Source: Moniliella sp. 'wahieum' (taxonomy: Eukaryota). Taken from it: a stretch of 64,000 nt of DNA. The stretch lies in assembly GCA_003971905.1 (NCBI GenBank), contig RSEE01000004.1, forward strand, positions 1,178,001-1,242,000, in the 5' to 3' direction. The translations under genes were made by a program, and so were the position numbers. Under the pieces are notes generated by a model. It was not told where the DNA came from. It made no database searches and saw only the letters and a list, made by a program, of their open reading frames with translations. How positions within the stretch are numbered: the first letter of the stretch is position 1; every line of letters starts with the position of its first letter. Positions 1 to 12,930 of this stretch are shown here, piece by piece.

Positions 1-2
1 CC

Positions 3-2835
3 TTACCCGCCCAACAGGGGATGGTCATGTAGATGGTGCTGCAGACAAAGCGAATGGTCGAAGCAATGGCGACCCAGACTAAAATGACAAGCATGTACAC
101 CTTCTGAAGCGAGGCGGTACTCGAGTCGAACGCGCTGCCGCGCTTTCCTCCCGATAGGATCACAGCCATAAGCAAAGATTGGACAGACCCAAGCCAAACG
201 ACGTTGGTGCGGACGTTGCGATAGTAATCCATCTGCTTCAACTGCTGTTCCTCGACCGAAGGGGGACCCTGGACAATGACCGGACGATCCTTGAGGTTGA
301 TCAGGGCATCGTGGTAGGCGGCATCAATGTCGGCTTGCCCGTTGGGCAACACCAGTTCCACCACTCCTTTTCTCCCTTCTTGCCACAACGGCCCGGCCCA
401 AGTCGTTGGAGACGGAATGGTCGCCCTTGGTCCCCCACGAAAAGTCGTGCAAATTGCAAAACGCATACACGTTGAGAATGTTGGCCATGTCGGACTCAGG
501 AGCATGTACTGCAACATGCTGGTGAACAGGTAGGACGGGTCGAGCGCAATCAAAGAGGCAGCGACATAGACGCCATACGTGGAGAGTACAGAGTAATCAT
601 CTCAGCGTAAATGCCGGTATGTTCGCCCCCGAGTACACGGACAAAGCAGATCACAGCCGCAATGAGCATGTACACCATCAGTACGGCAAAAATCGCTGCG
701 ACCGTGTAGTACTTCCATTTCGAGCCTTGGGGCCGGTTTCCAAGAGCAAAGATGAAGCAACTAACCAGTGACCCAATGTAGACATACTGGGTGATGGTGT
801 GAGCACGTTGATATGAGGAAGATGAAACTGGGGGCCTCAAGACCTTGGGTGAGGATCACAAAAAAGATGAACATGTTGCCTACTGTGAACCAGGAAAAGA
901 CAAGATTTAAGAGGTTGTAAAGGGCTTGGATGCCCAGCATGGCTTTGCGCATGGGTGTGTGCCCGCTCGCACCTAGTTGACGTGTATGAACCAGGGCGTA
1001 TAAGCCAGCAAAGAAAGATCCGTTGAGCCAACGCCTCCGCTGACTGATCAGCTCCGCCAGGTCTGTGGGCACGTCCGTCACCGCTCGAGCCGACTTGACG
1101 TATTTGAGAACCCACCCCGCGTTCCGCTTGGCTGCCAACTCAAAGCACAAGATACGATCCTCGGCCATGTACATGTTGGAGGTGAACACGTCGGCTTCAG
1201 CGCCCAAGAGCGTCTCGCCTTTAAAGTACGAGGCCAATGGTCCCTTGCCGTCCTCATCGTTTGGAGGGCAATGTACCCGGTAGGCTGAAAATGCACCAGG
1301 TAAGACGGAAATGAAGCCAAAGACAGACTCGGTAGTTTTGTCCAAGATGTTGGAAATCTTGTACTCAAAATTTTGTGCTGCCACGAGCGGGTTAAGCAGG
1401 GCAGGTCCAATCCCCCACTTGCCCCTGGTATCAGCGCAAATCTCCCGCAGGCACCAGCCACATTTGAGTTGATATCGAAGGACTTCCACAAATGGTACAA
1501 TGACTTGGGCTCCGGTCGAGTTCCCACGTCCAGAAGCAGGCAAACGTTGGGCTCAAGCACACGAGAGAAGGGTTGAAAAACCAACGGTGAGAGTTAATCT
1601 TCTTCTGGTTATGCTCCTTGAGACAAAAGATGATTTGACAGGGAACCAGTCCTTTTCGGCACCCTTGAAGCGCATGTTGGGATCCAAACTGAGTTGCGCA
1701 GTGTACTCATAGACGTGTGCCTTTACGACTTGGTCATTGACCGTGTTTTTGCCACCCCGTCTTGGTACACACCCAGGGCAGCCAGACAGTCGAGCACTCG
1801 GGGATGAATCTTCTTGCGCCCATCCGAAACAATTGCGACTACGACCTTTTGCCAACCATGCTGGCCCCAAGTCTTGCTGCGTGTGCGCGAACAAAGATGA
1901 GCAATGTTCTTCATCACACCGTGCATGGTCCGGGTAAAAACTGATGAGGAGGAATGGTCAGATATCCCGTCAGGCGGATGGTCGAGAAAAACACTTACGC
2001 ATTTCATCCTCATTGTACATCGTCAGACAGATGAACAGCTCTGTGCGACGTCCATGCAATTTGGGGCGGAGAGTATAGTTGTTCTCAAGAAATTCATCAG
2101 GGTCGCAAGTAACGGCTGTGTAGCGCATAGTGGTAAACTCGTTGTCGTGCGATTGTTGAGAACATTAAGCAGTTTGGTAGGGACTGGACAGTCGAGAATG
2201 AGGTTGCCCTGGGTCAAGGGAACATGTTTCTTGCTCTTGTTCCGACGTAGCTGGGCACCCACAGCGGGAGCAGGGCCAAAGTGTTGAGTGCTTGTGTTAC
2301 CCTCCTCGTCATCATCATCGAACTCCAGGCCGCCATCTTCACTGTCACCAGCCCCGTATGTATACGCGTCGTCGTCGTCGTCGTAACTGGCCTCTCCGAC
2401 TCCTCCCGCATAGCCCCACCCGGGACACGGTACTGGGGGATGTCTACAACCGTGTGGTCTTCTGAAGGTAGTTGCTTGAATGGCCTGCGGAGAATAACCA
2501 GGAGGTGAAGAGAGCATGGCGGGTTGATAGACCGAGTGGCAGCGTAAGGGGATCGTATGTTGCTGCAGCTGTTGGGAGAGCAGGCATGGGGGTGGCGTGA
2601 CCACTTCCACGTTCCAAACCAGGGGTATTTGCGGGCTGGTAGTAGTCCAGGGTGGCTGGTGTTCCGGCTGCCCGGGCGGGGGAGGGGAGAGATGTGTGTG
2701 GGGATAGAATTGGGTCTCGTCCTGGTACCCATAGGGATCGGCAGGCTCGGTAGGTGCAACGGAGCCGTGGGCGTCAAGGCCATACGTGGGGCCGCCAGGA
2801 GGGGGGCTGACTGGCCCGTATGCGTAGCCGTTCAT
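3..2835 (-). CDS. Chitin synthase (GT2, division 1 / class I-III type), frameshifted in this assembly
   Basis: Motifs across frames: [69 protein letters not shown], then C-terminal TM helices. Pro-rich N-terminus from ATG 2835; stop TAA at 3-5. Confidence 0.93.
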
Positions 2836-3685
2836 GGCGCGGATGAAGGTAGGAGACGGGAGTGGTGATAGGGAGTGGTGATGGGGGAGGTGATGGAGCA
2901 AGGGGCGATCGAAGGGCGAGGGTAAGCAGCTTCACGGGCAAATATCCAGGCGCCTACCGCGTTGGCCGACACTCTATGTCAGAGGATAGGCCACCGCAGC
3001 ATGGCGCCAGTGTGGCTAGGATGTTGGAGACACTGGCACCATGCATGGTACCGCTCTGGCAAGGCGAGCAATTAATGGCAAGCACAACCAGAGCCCGCGC
3101 GGCACTGCAGGGCACTGCCCACCCTTTCCTCTTCAGGGCAAATTGAGCAAGATATCCACTTCATCCACACCTCCGCCAACGTAGGTCGTCACACATTGTC
3201 ACGCGTCAGCGTCCGTCCCCACAACCTAGTCCCAATTGTCCCTCGCCACTGCCTAGGCGAGAACACACTCAATAATGAAGCTTGAAGCTTGACGCCACAC
3301 AGAGGCAGTTGGTATCACTGCCAGTGTATCCTCTCAATGGCCACCTAACCCCCTCCATTTGGCGCGGGGCAGAGCATCGGATCGAATAGACGGAGACCAG
3401 ACGGCAAAGCTACAACAAAAGCGGGTTTCGCACCCTCTCCACAAAGGGCATTACTTCGGGGCAGGACGGGATGCGTATGACCGGAAGGGAAGGCGATCAC
3501 CGCTCCCTTGTTGAGAGCGGCAAGCCAACGAAGCCAAAGCGAATGATGCAGTGGCCTACATACGTGCATTGGGACAATACCAGCTGCACACACAGGCTAC
3601 GGCTGATCGAATTAAATGAGGCGTCCGTGGCATCGGGCCGATGGAGCATATGCTTTTTCAACCGGTTTGGAACGAGAGTAGGGCA

Positions 3686-4419
3686 TTAAACCAGACCGTC
3701 ATATAGACTCAAGGCTTGCACGATCGCGGGTCTTGCTTCGAGCCAGCAACAAACTCCTCGTAGTTGACTGAGCAAAAAATAAAAATTAGCACCCACAGGG
3801 CTAGAAAACGGGGGGAAAGACATACTCTCAGCTTTCTTATCCCGATCCATCAACCGGAAGATCTTGTCACTCGCTGGAAAAAGGGTTAGATCAGTTGAAA
3901 CAACACCAGAACAGCGGCTTACCTTTTCAGGAGATCTTCATCGGGAGGAAGCTTGACCATGGAGCCAGTCATCTTGTAGATACTGCGCACAATAGCTGCA
4001 ACAAGAACCACCATTCAACATCAGAAGAAGAAATCAAAACGAGGATGCAAACGTACTGAGCATCTCATCGTATTGTGATGTCCCATCGCCATCAATGTCG
4101 TACAGCTTGAATGCCCAGCTGAGCTTTTCGTCAAGCCGTCCGCGGGAGGTGATAGAGAGTGCGCAGATGAACTCCTTGAAGTCAATCGAACCATTTTTGT
4201 CGTCGTCAAATACCTTAAAGACGTGGGTGGAGAAGGCAGATGGGTCGCCAAAGGGGAAGAACTGCTTGTAGATGCGACAGAATTCAGCTTCGTCAAGCTG
4301 GCCGGAGGGGCAGTCCTGATGAACCCCTTGTACCACTTGCTGAGCTCCTTGCGGTCAAAGTAGGTATTGTCGAGAGGGGACAGCTGCTCAGGTGAGAGCT
4401 TGCTTTGGTTCTTGCCCAT
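3686..4419 (-). CDS. FRQ1: Frequenin / neuronal calcium sensor-1 EF-hand protein (multi-intron)
   Basis: [13 protein letters not shown] myristoylation start; [24 protein letters not shown]-hands [12 protein letters not shown] and DIDGDG; C-terminus [11 protein letters not shown]. Confidence 0.93.
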
Positions 4420-4888
4420 GGTGGTGTGGAAACGGTGGTGGGGCAAAGCCAACAGGAGCGACGGCGGTCCAATCGATCGCGCTGCCATTGGGTGGGCAGC
4501 GACGGGGCAATGCCACGCAACTGTGAGATGTTTACGTCAGCGCTCAGGGCTCAGATCTGCGTGCAAAAACACTGAATGTTTTGGTTTTTGTGTTCTCGAG
4601 GTATCGGTTCTGTGGCCACCATGTCACCGTCGATGACCGATGATTGATGACCCAGTGCGACTTCGCTCGGATGTGGTGCAGGGTTCCCCTGCAACGGCCA
4701 GACCCAACGCGAAAAAGACCTTTGCGCAACAGGCCCCGTTATGACATCGGTGCTACGAGCGGTGCCAACGTGTTCAACCATCGCATACCTGATAAGGAAC
4801 ACGCAAGTAGCGATGAATTGTGCAATGTATTGAAGGGCCATACAGACAGGCAGCGTCTGAACGGCACAAGCCTCCCCCCCCACATGAA

Positions 4889-6884
4889 TTACAGCCCAGG
4901 AACGACACCATCGGCCGATTCAGAAGCATGCTTGCCGGCCATAACCTCTCCGGGAATCTCCGCCCCGGCAAGGAAGACATCTCCAACACCTGCCACGCGG
5001 GTGGAGACGGGCAGCTCAGCGTACCCGACCACCGGGCGAGATTTGTCCTGGATCATGGTCAGAGGCAGCGCCTTGACACTGCCCACCGAAGCAGCCTTGC
5101 GTCTCGCCTCTCCGGCAACCGGGTCTTGGTAATACTCATGCTGGAATGGATGAAGAAGTGGGACGTCGGAAAGAACTTGGGTGGTGAGGAACGCAAGGCG
5201 ATCATTGCCCACCTCCGGGCCGTTGTGATCCGAAGTGGCGGGGGACGCCCATTCGCAGCATGAGTTTGGGTGGCACGTTTCCACTGCATCCTCATCTGCT
5301 TCATCTTCCGTGGACCTCTCAGAAGAGTCTTGGGCTTTCCGTTCTGCGGCCGGGACGTAAGGGCGGACAGAGGATACGGGAAGTACGTCCAATTCCACTG
5401 GGATGGATCGCGTTGCTCCGGTCTGGTGGGGATTAGGAGGCAGCACCATTGCTCCCACCTCGGGTGCCTCCATCAAGGCTGTGAGCCATTGGACAGCTGG
5501 AGCCTTGAGCCAACGAGATGGACGTGTGTGGGACCACCAGCCCAAATGCCCGCCATATGCGGTCGAGGCCAGAATCAAATTTGGATTCCCTTTGCCCAAC
5601 ACTGTCGGCACCACAGAACGGGTAGGGTCGTTCTTGTCTTCCTCCGAACATGCAGTTTGGGCACCCATAGCGATCGCCACAGCTTGCGCACAGGCAAACG
5701 GTACCACAGGATCATCCCGGGAGTGAATGGCCAATAAAGGCCGAGCAACACGATGCAACACATTGGCGGCGCTGCCTCCACGGTAGTAGGCCCAAGCGTC
5801 GGAAAAGGGGAATTCCCCGTAGGGCTTACAATGTCCACCCAACAAGCGGGTAGCATTGTCGTCGAACCAGCGGATGGTATAGGGAATGGTATCACCCCGC
5901 TCTGCGGCTTGTTCCTTGACCACCGTTTTAGGCGCCGTCAGGCGATCCAGTAGTGACTTGCCTACAGGGGAGAGCGACAAGACATCCGCTTGACGCAACG
6001 TCACCCGAGTCAAATTATTCGTCATGGCTTTGGACAAGACATGCTGGTTGAATCCACCATCCTCTAGGGCATGAGCACCAGTGGTCAAGCTGTAGGGCCC
6101 GGCCACGGTTAAGCCGCCCCGGAGGGGTGTCGCGTCCCCATACTCTCCCAAGTACTTTGCCACCACGTTCGCTCCCAGACTGAATCCCCCGCAGCCAAGG
6201 GGCTGGAAGGCCAATTTTGTTGGCAAAACAGAATGGCGGTGGCGAGATCGGCCGTCTTGCTCCCACTGTACAGTTGCCCACTCGTTGCAGGCGTATGAGC
6301 ACAACCACGAATTCATCACCACCGCCCTCCACTTCTTGTCCTCGATCAGGGGACGTACCACATGGCGCACGTATGTCTCTGCAGAGCCACCCGTGAGCCC
6401 GGTGACGACGACCAGAGTGGGCCGTGTATCCTCGGAATCGGCCTGGGCCAAGGGAGGGGGGGCAACGTCGATCGACAGTGTGCCGCCATCGGGCGTGATG
6501 AGAACCCTTCGACGATAACGCACTGGATCATCGTAGACCGTTTTGCGGAAGGCGGAATAGATGGTCTGCAATTGTCCTGACGAAATATAGGTGGTGGGGC
6601 GATAATGAAAGTCGGGATCGGTAGGGTCAACAAGGGAAGGACAGCGTTGCTCAACTACAGCTCTCAGTTGAGGCACGGCAGCAGCCACCTGCTCCACATT
6701 CTTCACTTGTTGTCCTTGTGGTTGGGGTCCAGGAAGAGAAGAATGGCCATCGTCAGGAGACGAGTCATGCGCTCCTTTGTCTGTTGCCCGGGGCAAAGCG
6801 GGAGAGAATTGGAGAGAACTGCTGTCCAGTCACGCGGGCGAGACGGAGAGGAAACAGCAGGAAGCGCCCTAGGTACGCAATCAT
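4889..6884 (-). CDS. Alpha/beta hydrolase, AB hydrolase 4 family (EHT1/EEB1/ABHD1-3-like)
   Basis: SGQLQT, PDGGTLSID, GLTGGSAETYVR, nucleophile GFSLGAN, HSRDDPVV, GGHLGW. Start at 6884 is inferred across a frameshift. Confidence 0.85.
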
Positions 6885-6952
6885 GCCTAGAAGCAAGCGA
6901 AGGCAGGTGACATCCTCACGCCCTTGTTGTCTTCCGCCTTGCCAAGCCAAGC

Positions 6953-6975
6953 GTGGTGGTGGTGGTGGTGGTGGT
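6953..6975. repeat. (GGT)n microsatellite
   Basis: Direct tandem GTG/GGT run just upstream of the hydrolase. Confidence 0.8.
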
Positions 6976-7917
6976 GCAAGAGGCTAAGGATGTTGGAACT
7001 AATAGCTAGCTGTTCCTGATTGCAAAGTTACGTCACACGTCACGCGTCAGGATCGGCTGTCTAACCAGACAGGTTCAAGTTGAACGTTCACCTTGAACGG
7101 CTGAGCGGCTGAGTGCGCTGAGGCTGAGCGGCTGAGCTCGGATTCTGGATGCCGACGGGCACCCAGGCAGCGGGCCATCCTGCTATCCCACCCGCAGTCT
7201 GAGATCTGATCAGATGGTCCATGGAATTCGCATCCGCCTGTCGCGACGGTGACTAGGTGACTAGGTGACTAGTGACCACCCCCGAGGCTCCGCGGGCTCC
7301 GAAGACGGTGCGCGTGTAGCCACGTGATAAGCCAGCGATTAGTCGCCGTCTCCTGCAGCCCTCGTCCTGCTTCCTACCGCGAATATCTTTCGCCGGCAAT
7401 CGACCGCCTACGCTATTACTGTCCTATACACTTCAGCATCCATTGCAGTCTCCATACCATCTGGGTGATGGACCAGGACGTCGCTACACACTTCTCCAAA
7501 ACTACTCCTCGCAAGGCTTAGATCCTAGACAGATCAATCTGTGGGCCTCAGACGAGATCGCACATGCGGTTGGAGAACGATTGGAACGGCGCTGAGCGCG
7601 CTGAGTCCCTTTAAAAAAGTGTTTAGAAAAGGCAAGAAAAGAACAGATAAGGGGGATAACTACGCTGTATAGGATAAAAAGGGAGGGAGGATATGGCAAT
7701 AAAACCTCTAAACACAGCGTAGAAACTGCAGATAAAAAGAATGCATAGAGAGACAGCTAAGACTAGTGGGAATCCGACGAACGGGTAATGAAGCATCAAA
7801 CGAATGGGATGCAGCTGGATGAGGGAAGGGGAGGGAGAGAAAGGACGGAGAAAGACAGACTGCGAGGGTGGGGTGGGGGCAGCAGCATATGCCCCCAATG
7901 GAAGTCAAGGCTGACGC

Positions 7918-10900
7918 TCAAACCGGGCGCCGTCCCAGGCCACCGGTGACGCTGCGCCAGAAGGAACGGGAGAGGGTGATGCCCCAACGGTCAAAGGTGC
8001 GAGTAAAGAGCTCGCAGACAACGAGCAGCATAGCGTAGCAAAGAATAAAGTTGATGAGCATGGCGGCCCAGTAGGGAATGCCGGCTGCAAGCATCTTCAG
8101 CGATGCGGCGGCCCCGATGGACCAGAAGACGACACCATGAAGCAAATAGAGCGAGAAAGCGTTCCGGCCAAACACGTTCCAGAAGCGCAGTTGGAAGAAG
8201 ATCCGGATCGGGGTGCTCATGTCGCAGAGCAGGAAGAAGGAGATGACAAAAATCGCGTCGGCGACCTTGGGAAGGTACCAATTTTGCTTGGAGCCCGACC
8301 ACTTGTTGGGTGCGCCCGTAACAAAGTTAGGGTGGATCCCCCACTCGTTCTTAACGTTAATCACGTCGCCATAGTCGAGCCAAGTAAGAATGGCACCGAG
8401 GAAGAAAGTTGCCCAAGCAAAAGCATGACCTGCTTGGCCGAACTTTTGACGGTATTGATAGCGCACATCCAAGTCCGCAAGAAGAAGCCCAGTAAGGAAA
8501 AGTAATCGAATCGGTTTGCCCACCACGATAAGAGAATGCAGACAGCATAGAACGGGTACCGTTTCCTGGGGGCCTTGATTTCGCGCGCGATTAGGGCGCA
8601 CAGCGCACAGGTCCATGTGCACTGGACGATTACTGGAACGGTCCAAAGGATCCCGTTGCATAGTGCGAGATGAAGGGGGTGAGGGATGCGACTGCATCCA
8701 CCACATGCCATCCATTCGTCAATGAACACGCCGACATGCTTAAAGTCTTGGTAGTACGACCAGATAGAAAAAGTGCGCGAGGCGAGCCGAGAAGTCCAGT
8801 AGAATGCTTGCTGAAAGGGGGAAAAGGCCAGAGGGTCAGCAACATCACCGAATAATACCGAAAGAACACACTTCAGTTACATACCACTTCAATGAGAAAG
8901 TAGTTGAGCAAGATAGCAGCCGTGATGGTAACACCCAGACGCGGCACACGCGTTTGGATGAGCTGGGCGAGATGCTGCAAATTGCCACGATGCAAATAAC
9001 GGTTGCACACAATGCGTGCCGAGAGTACAAAAAAGATTCCAACGTTGAGGCCACCATTGCAAATAATAGGACCCAGGATCTTGTAAATCCAGTATTCAAA
9101 CTTGTAGTGTGACCCGTTCCAGTAGGTTGAGTGGTCATACCATACCAGTAGATGAGGCAGCAGAAATGTGAAGCGAGACAAGGAAGCAAGCAAAGCCACG
9201 GAGACCATCCAAGTATTCTACCCGAGCAGCGCCAGAGGACGTCGCCCGGCCCTCGCCTTTGGCGACAAACATGTACGCCTTCACTTTTTCCCACATTGAT
9301 TTAGGCTCAGAGTCCTCCGTGTTTCGTACCCTTCCTCCTTCGCATCTGCTGGAAGCGTGGCAAGAGCCGTGGGCCATAGAGCGACGGTCACCTTTAGCAG
9401 CTGGCGTCCAGTCTGCAATACGGTGTGACCCAAGCAATGGGCGCCTGCGAACCATCTTCCAAAACCACAGTAGGGGCCACTGCTCCGTGGCCATGGATGG
9501 AGGTGCCCCGAACCATCATCACCTCCAAAGGACGCGGCAGATGTCGCGGCAGTCATTGAGCCGTAGATACCCGTGGTGACCAGCAGAGATCGAAGGAATG
9601 GAGCGGGCATGGAAGAGCGAGGCGGGAGTTTGGATGCCCATCCCATTGGGAGGGAAGCACCAGAGATGGGCCGGCGCGGGGTGATCGTGCCCGATTTGTT
9701 GAGTTCAGACCGTGAGAGCTGGATATGGGGCAAACGTACCCGGACGTGTCGGAGCCCGAGTAGACTGAGGCAGCATCTTGACCAGCAAACCCATGCCTCG
9801 GGCCTTTTCATCCTCGTCGTCCGAGTCATCGGAATTGACCAACTCAAAGTCGTCATCTCCCATCGTCATTCAGTTTGGCAGGGTCCTCCCATTTGTTCAT
9901 GGCCTCGTCAACGCGTGCTTGTCCACCTCGTCCGCCTCGGTCGTACGCCACCGTCGTTACAGGCGCAGGTGCCAGCAATGTGGTTGAGTTGACTAGTCAT
10001 GCTGCTCTGCGTTGTACTTTTCGTAGAAGGCAGCGCTTTGTTGCGCGTGTTCCTCGTGCGGCGAATGGAGGCATGGATGGTGAGGAGAACAAAGATAGCC
10101 CCCGAGATGCTAGCCCCGTAAATGGAGTAAACGGGAACGGGCGCTTCGGGTGCTTCATGGTCTGCTTGACCGTTGCGGCTAGGTCAAACGGTGTGCTCTC
10201 CCGCAAGGTAAGATTTCCGTGGAGCAGACGGCTGAGCTTGACGCAGAGGCCGCTGCACAAGCGAGTTGAATTCGTCCCAGACGCTCAGCCCGGGAAGAGT
10301 TGAAGAACAGGCGGGCATAAAGATCTGAGCCGTAAGTGTGTTGGAGATCGGAGGCCCTTGGGAGGCAGTGGGAGAGCCATTGGACCAGTGCTTGTAAGAG
10401 AAGGGAGCTCCCACACTCGGAGGCTTCACTCCCTTTCCTGTCCAGACCTTGGCATTGGAAGTAGTATTGGAACCAGTGTTGGTAAACGAGACCATTTTGG
10501 GCATCCAATCCATGCGGTACTCAAGCCCAGCAGTTGCCCCACCATTCATGCTGGACTGATTGTAAAGATAAGGGGTGACGGACTGCGAGGTGGACGAGTA
10601 GGAGACTTGGACGTTGCCTTGACCAGGGTGGTTGGTGTTGAAGAACGCGGTACGGATCAACTCGGATTGGTTCCAAGCAACCTCGACATCGAGATTGGTG
10701 CCTGACATGTACCGTGCAGGAGGAGGGTTGAGCATGGTGCGGAAAGAGCCGTAGCGCATGTCCCGGCGACGCGTCTGCAACTGACTTCCCCAGCTGATGC
10801 GATTTTTGGTGTCAGCTGGAGTGACTTCCATCAACAGGCCCGAGTTGTTGGTACCGAGCCGGGTGTTGTTGGCCAGTACAGCAGAGCGCCAAGTGGCAGA

Positions 10901-11175
10901 GAAGTCATCTTCCCACTCGTTGATGCGGTTGCTGCCGATCCAGGCCTCTTGACCAGAACCAGCGTCTCCAGGCTGGTCTCGACCGTAACGGTCTGCATAC
11001 TGGGCTGGCTGGAAGACAATGTCGGTGGCGGCAGAGGACTCGTTGAAATAGGTGATGACAGCGTCGGTCCATACGCTGGTGGTGACCGGGTCTTGATAGC
11101 CGCACTCGCAGGCGCGTAAGCCCCGGTTGCGGCGACGGCCAGGGCGCTCAGCGCCCATACGGGAGTAGTGCGCAT
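7918..11175 (-). CDS. Fusion protein: signal peptide, GH16-like (ConA-fold) domain, TM helix, acidic linker, acyltransferase-3 (OafA/AT3) multi-TM domain
   Basis: Signal peptide MRTTPVWALSALAVAATGAYA, then ACECGY; DMRYGSFR, EYRMDW, KHWSNG...SQGPP, YARLFFNSS (fungal GH16-like). AT3 motifs VEYLDGLRGFACFLVS, VGIFFVLSAR, R.PRL, GILWTVPV, FGRNAFSLYLLHG. Coding-like linker with no obvious intergenic gap. Confidence 0.8.
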
Positions 11176-12311
11176 GACGGACAAAAAGGGGGTGGGGTTG
11201 CGAAAGAGCGAGGAAGGACAGACGGAGAGGATAGAGAATGAGAGTGGGTGTGTGCGCGCAGCACTGTGGTGAGGCGAGCAGGAGCTGCACCGGGCAGTGA
11301 TGTGTCGGACGACAAGAGGGTGGAGAAGAGGGGAGGTGGGGGCAAGAAGGGACGGATGCGTGTCTGCTTGGCTGCCCACTATAACTAACCACCATCAGAA
11401 CCATCGCACCTATACAATACTAGCAGCAGTGCCGGCCTAATCCATTCCGGTCGGCGCACCACGGGGCAGCGGCAGAGGGCAGCGGCTGCGGCTGCGGCCT
11501 CGGCTGTGGCTGCTGCCTCGGCTGTGGCGGTGGCTGCGTGCATGCACCAACACGCCCGCACCACACCCCCCCCGTATGGCACTGCACGTCCTCTCCTCCT
11601 TCGCCGCCGACTGGGGAGCCACAGCCATGATGTGCATGATGCATAGGATGTGGCGCCTGTGAGTCGGCCGCCGCCTGGGCTGCGGTGCAGCGCCTCGGTC
11701 TTGTGGCACGACAGGGGCGCTGTGCCCTTGTCCTGGACGTGTGGCGCCGAGCATGAAGGTCAGCGATCGGCCAGCGTCGATCAATCGATCAGCCGAAAGC
11801 ATGTGATACGCCCAGTGCCCACCTGTTCGCACGCTGGCCAAAGCGGGGGGCCCAGCGCCCCCGTGCTGGGTGCCAGCGAAGCGCACAGCGACAGCCGTCG
11901 TGCCTTTGGCTGCACACAGCACCCACTAGGACACATTGCGGCCCCACTTGATGATGTGCCGCTGCCTGAAAGACATCGGGTTTCATCGATTTCATCCATC
12001 AATACTCGATGAACGTAATCATGAACACATCCATACATCCACATGCAACAGAGCACACGTCCGAAATCACACACCGGAGCGCATAATAATACGCCTGTTG
12101 CTCTTAGCCCCACCCATGCCTCAACACGTTGTACGCCGTTTTCCAGGCATGAGCGCGGGCAGAATAAGATGATCTGTGTGAGATCTCACGCGCAAAGTAT
12201 ACGAGATGTGGATCTCTCTCGTAGAAACCTCTCTTTGTGGAGCTGAGCCTCATCTCAGCTAGGCAGTGCTCAGCCTGAGCGCTCAGCTGAGTCAGAGAGC
12301 GCAGGCGAGCT

Positions 12312-12318
12312 TATAAAA
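12312..12318 (+). promoter_or_regulatory. TATA box (TATAAAA) with no downstream protein ORF
   Basis: Canonical TATAAAA after a CTGAG/CTCAG-rich block, followed by pyrimidine-rich sequence and a long fold-back region. Confidence 0.5.
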
Positions 12319-12399
12319 GCGCAATATCTGAGAAGCCTCCCAGCGCCACAAAACATTTACTGCTTACATTTCTCTTCTCAGTTTTCTTATTCATTTGAA

Positions 12400-12930
12400 A
12401 GTCACAACAGGATCCTGTTTGTTGAGCCATCAGGTGGCTCGTGCTTTGGCCAATGTCCCTTCAGGTCCTCCTCAGGCCTAGGAGTTCCGTTGTTTTTCTC
12501 CCCTGTTTTTCCTTATTCCACAGCTTAGCCCCTGGTGGCGACTCGCTGCTTGATGTTCCTCTGTAGGCGTTGCTGGTTGGCTTAGACCATCACCACCACC
12601 ACTAGTGCGATTGCATCACCCTCGAGGACCATCTGGACTCCCAGTCTCATCACTGTTCGCGTCAAGAAAGGTGTCTCTGATCTCTTCCGTATACCTCTGC
12701 CACTGTAAGACCGGAGGAACGCAAGGGGTTGGGTGATGAACCTTTGCAAATGTAGAGCAATCCAATCGCGGTGGTGGTGGTTAGGTCTGAGATCTGAACT
12801 GAGCTTTATGCCACACCTACTAGAGGAGACAGGGGTTCAACAAGCCTGAGTAGGCTTCGGAGGTCAAATAAGGGGCAAACGGTGATCAGGCGCCTTGGCC
12901 CATGTATGGGACCGCGGTGCCAACAGCCAC
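12400..12930 (+). ncRNA. Candidate large structured ncRNA (rod-like hairpin; class unknown)
   Basis: Nested helices 12454-61/12870-77, 12471-77/12844-50, 12500-10/12825-35, 12581-88/12784-91, 12592-602/12771-81, 12607-13/12763-69, 12614-21/12731-38. No ORF of 60 aa or more in the track. Confidence 0.5.
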
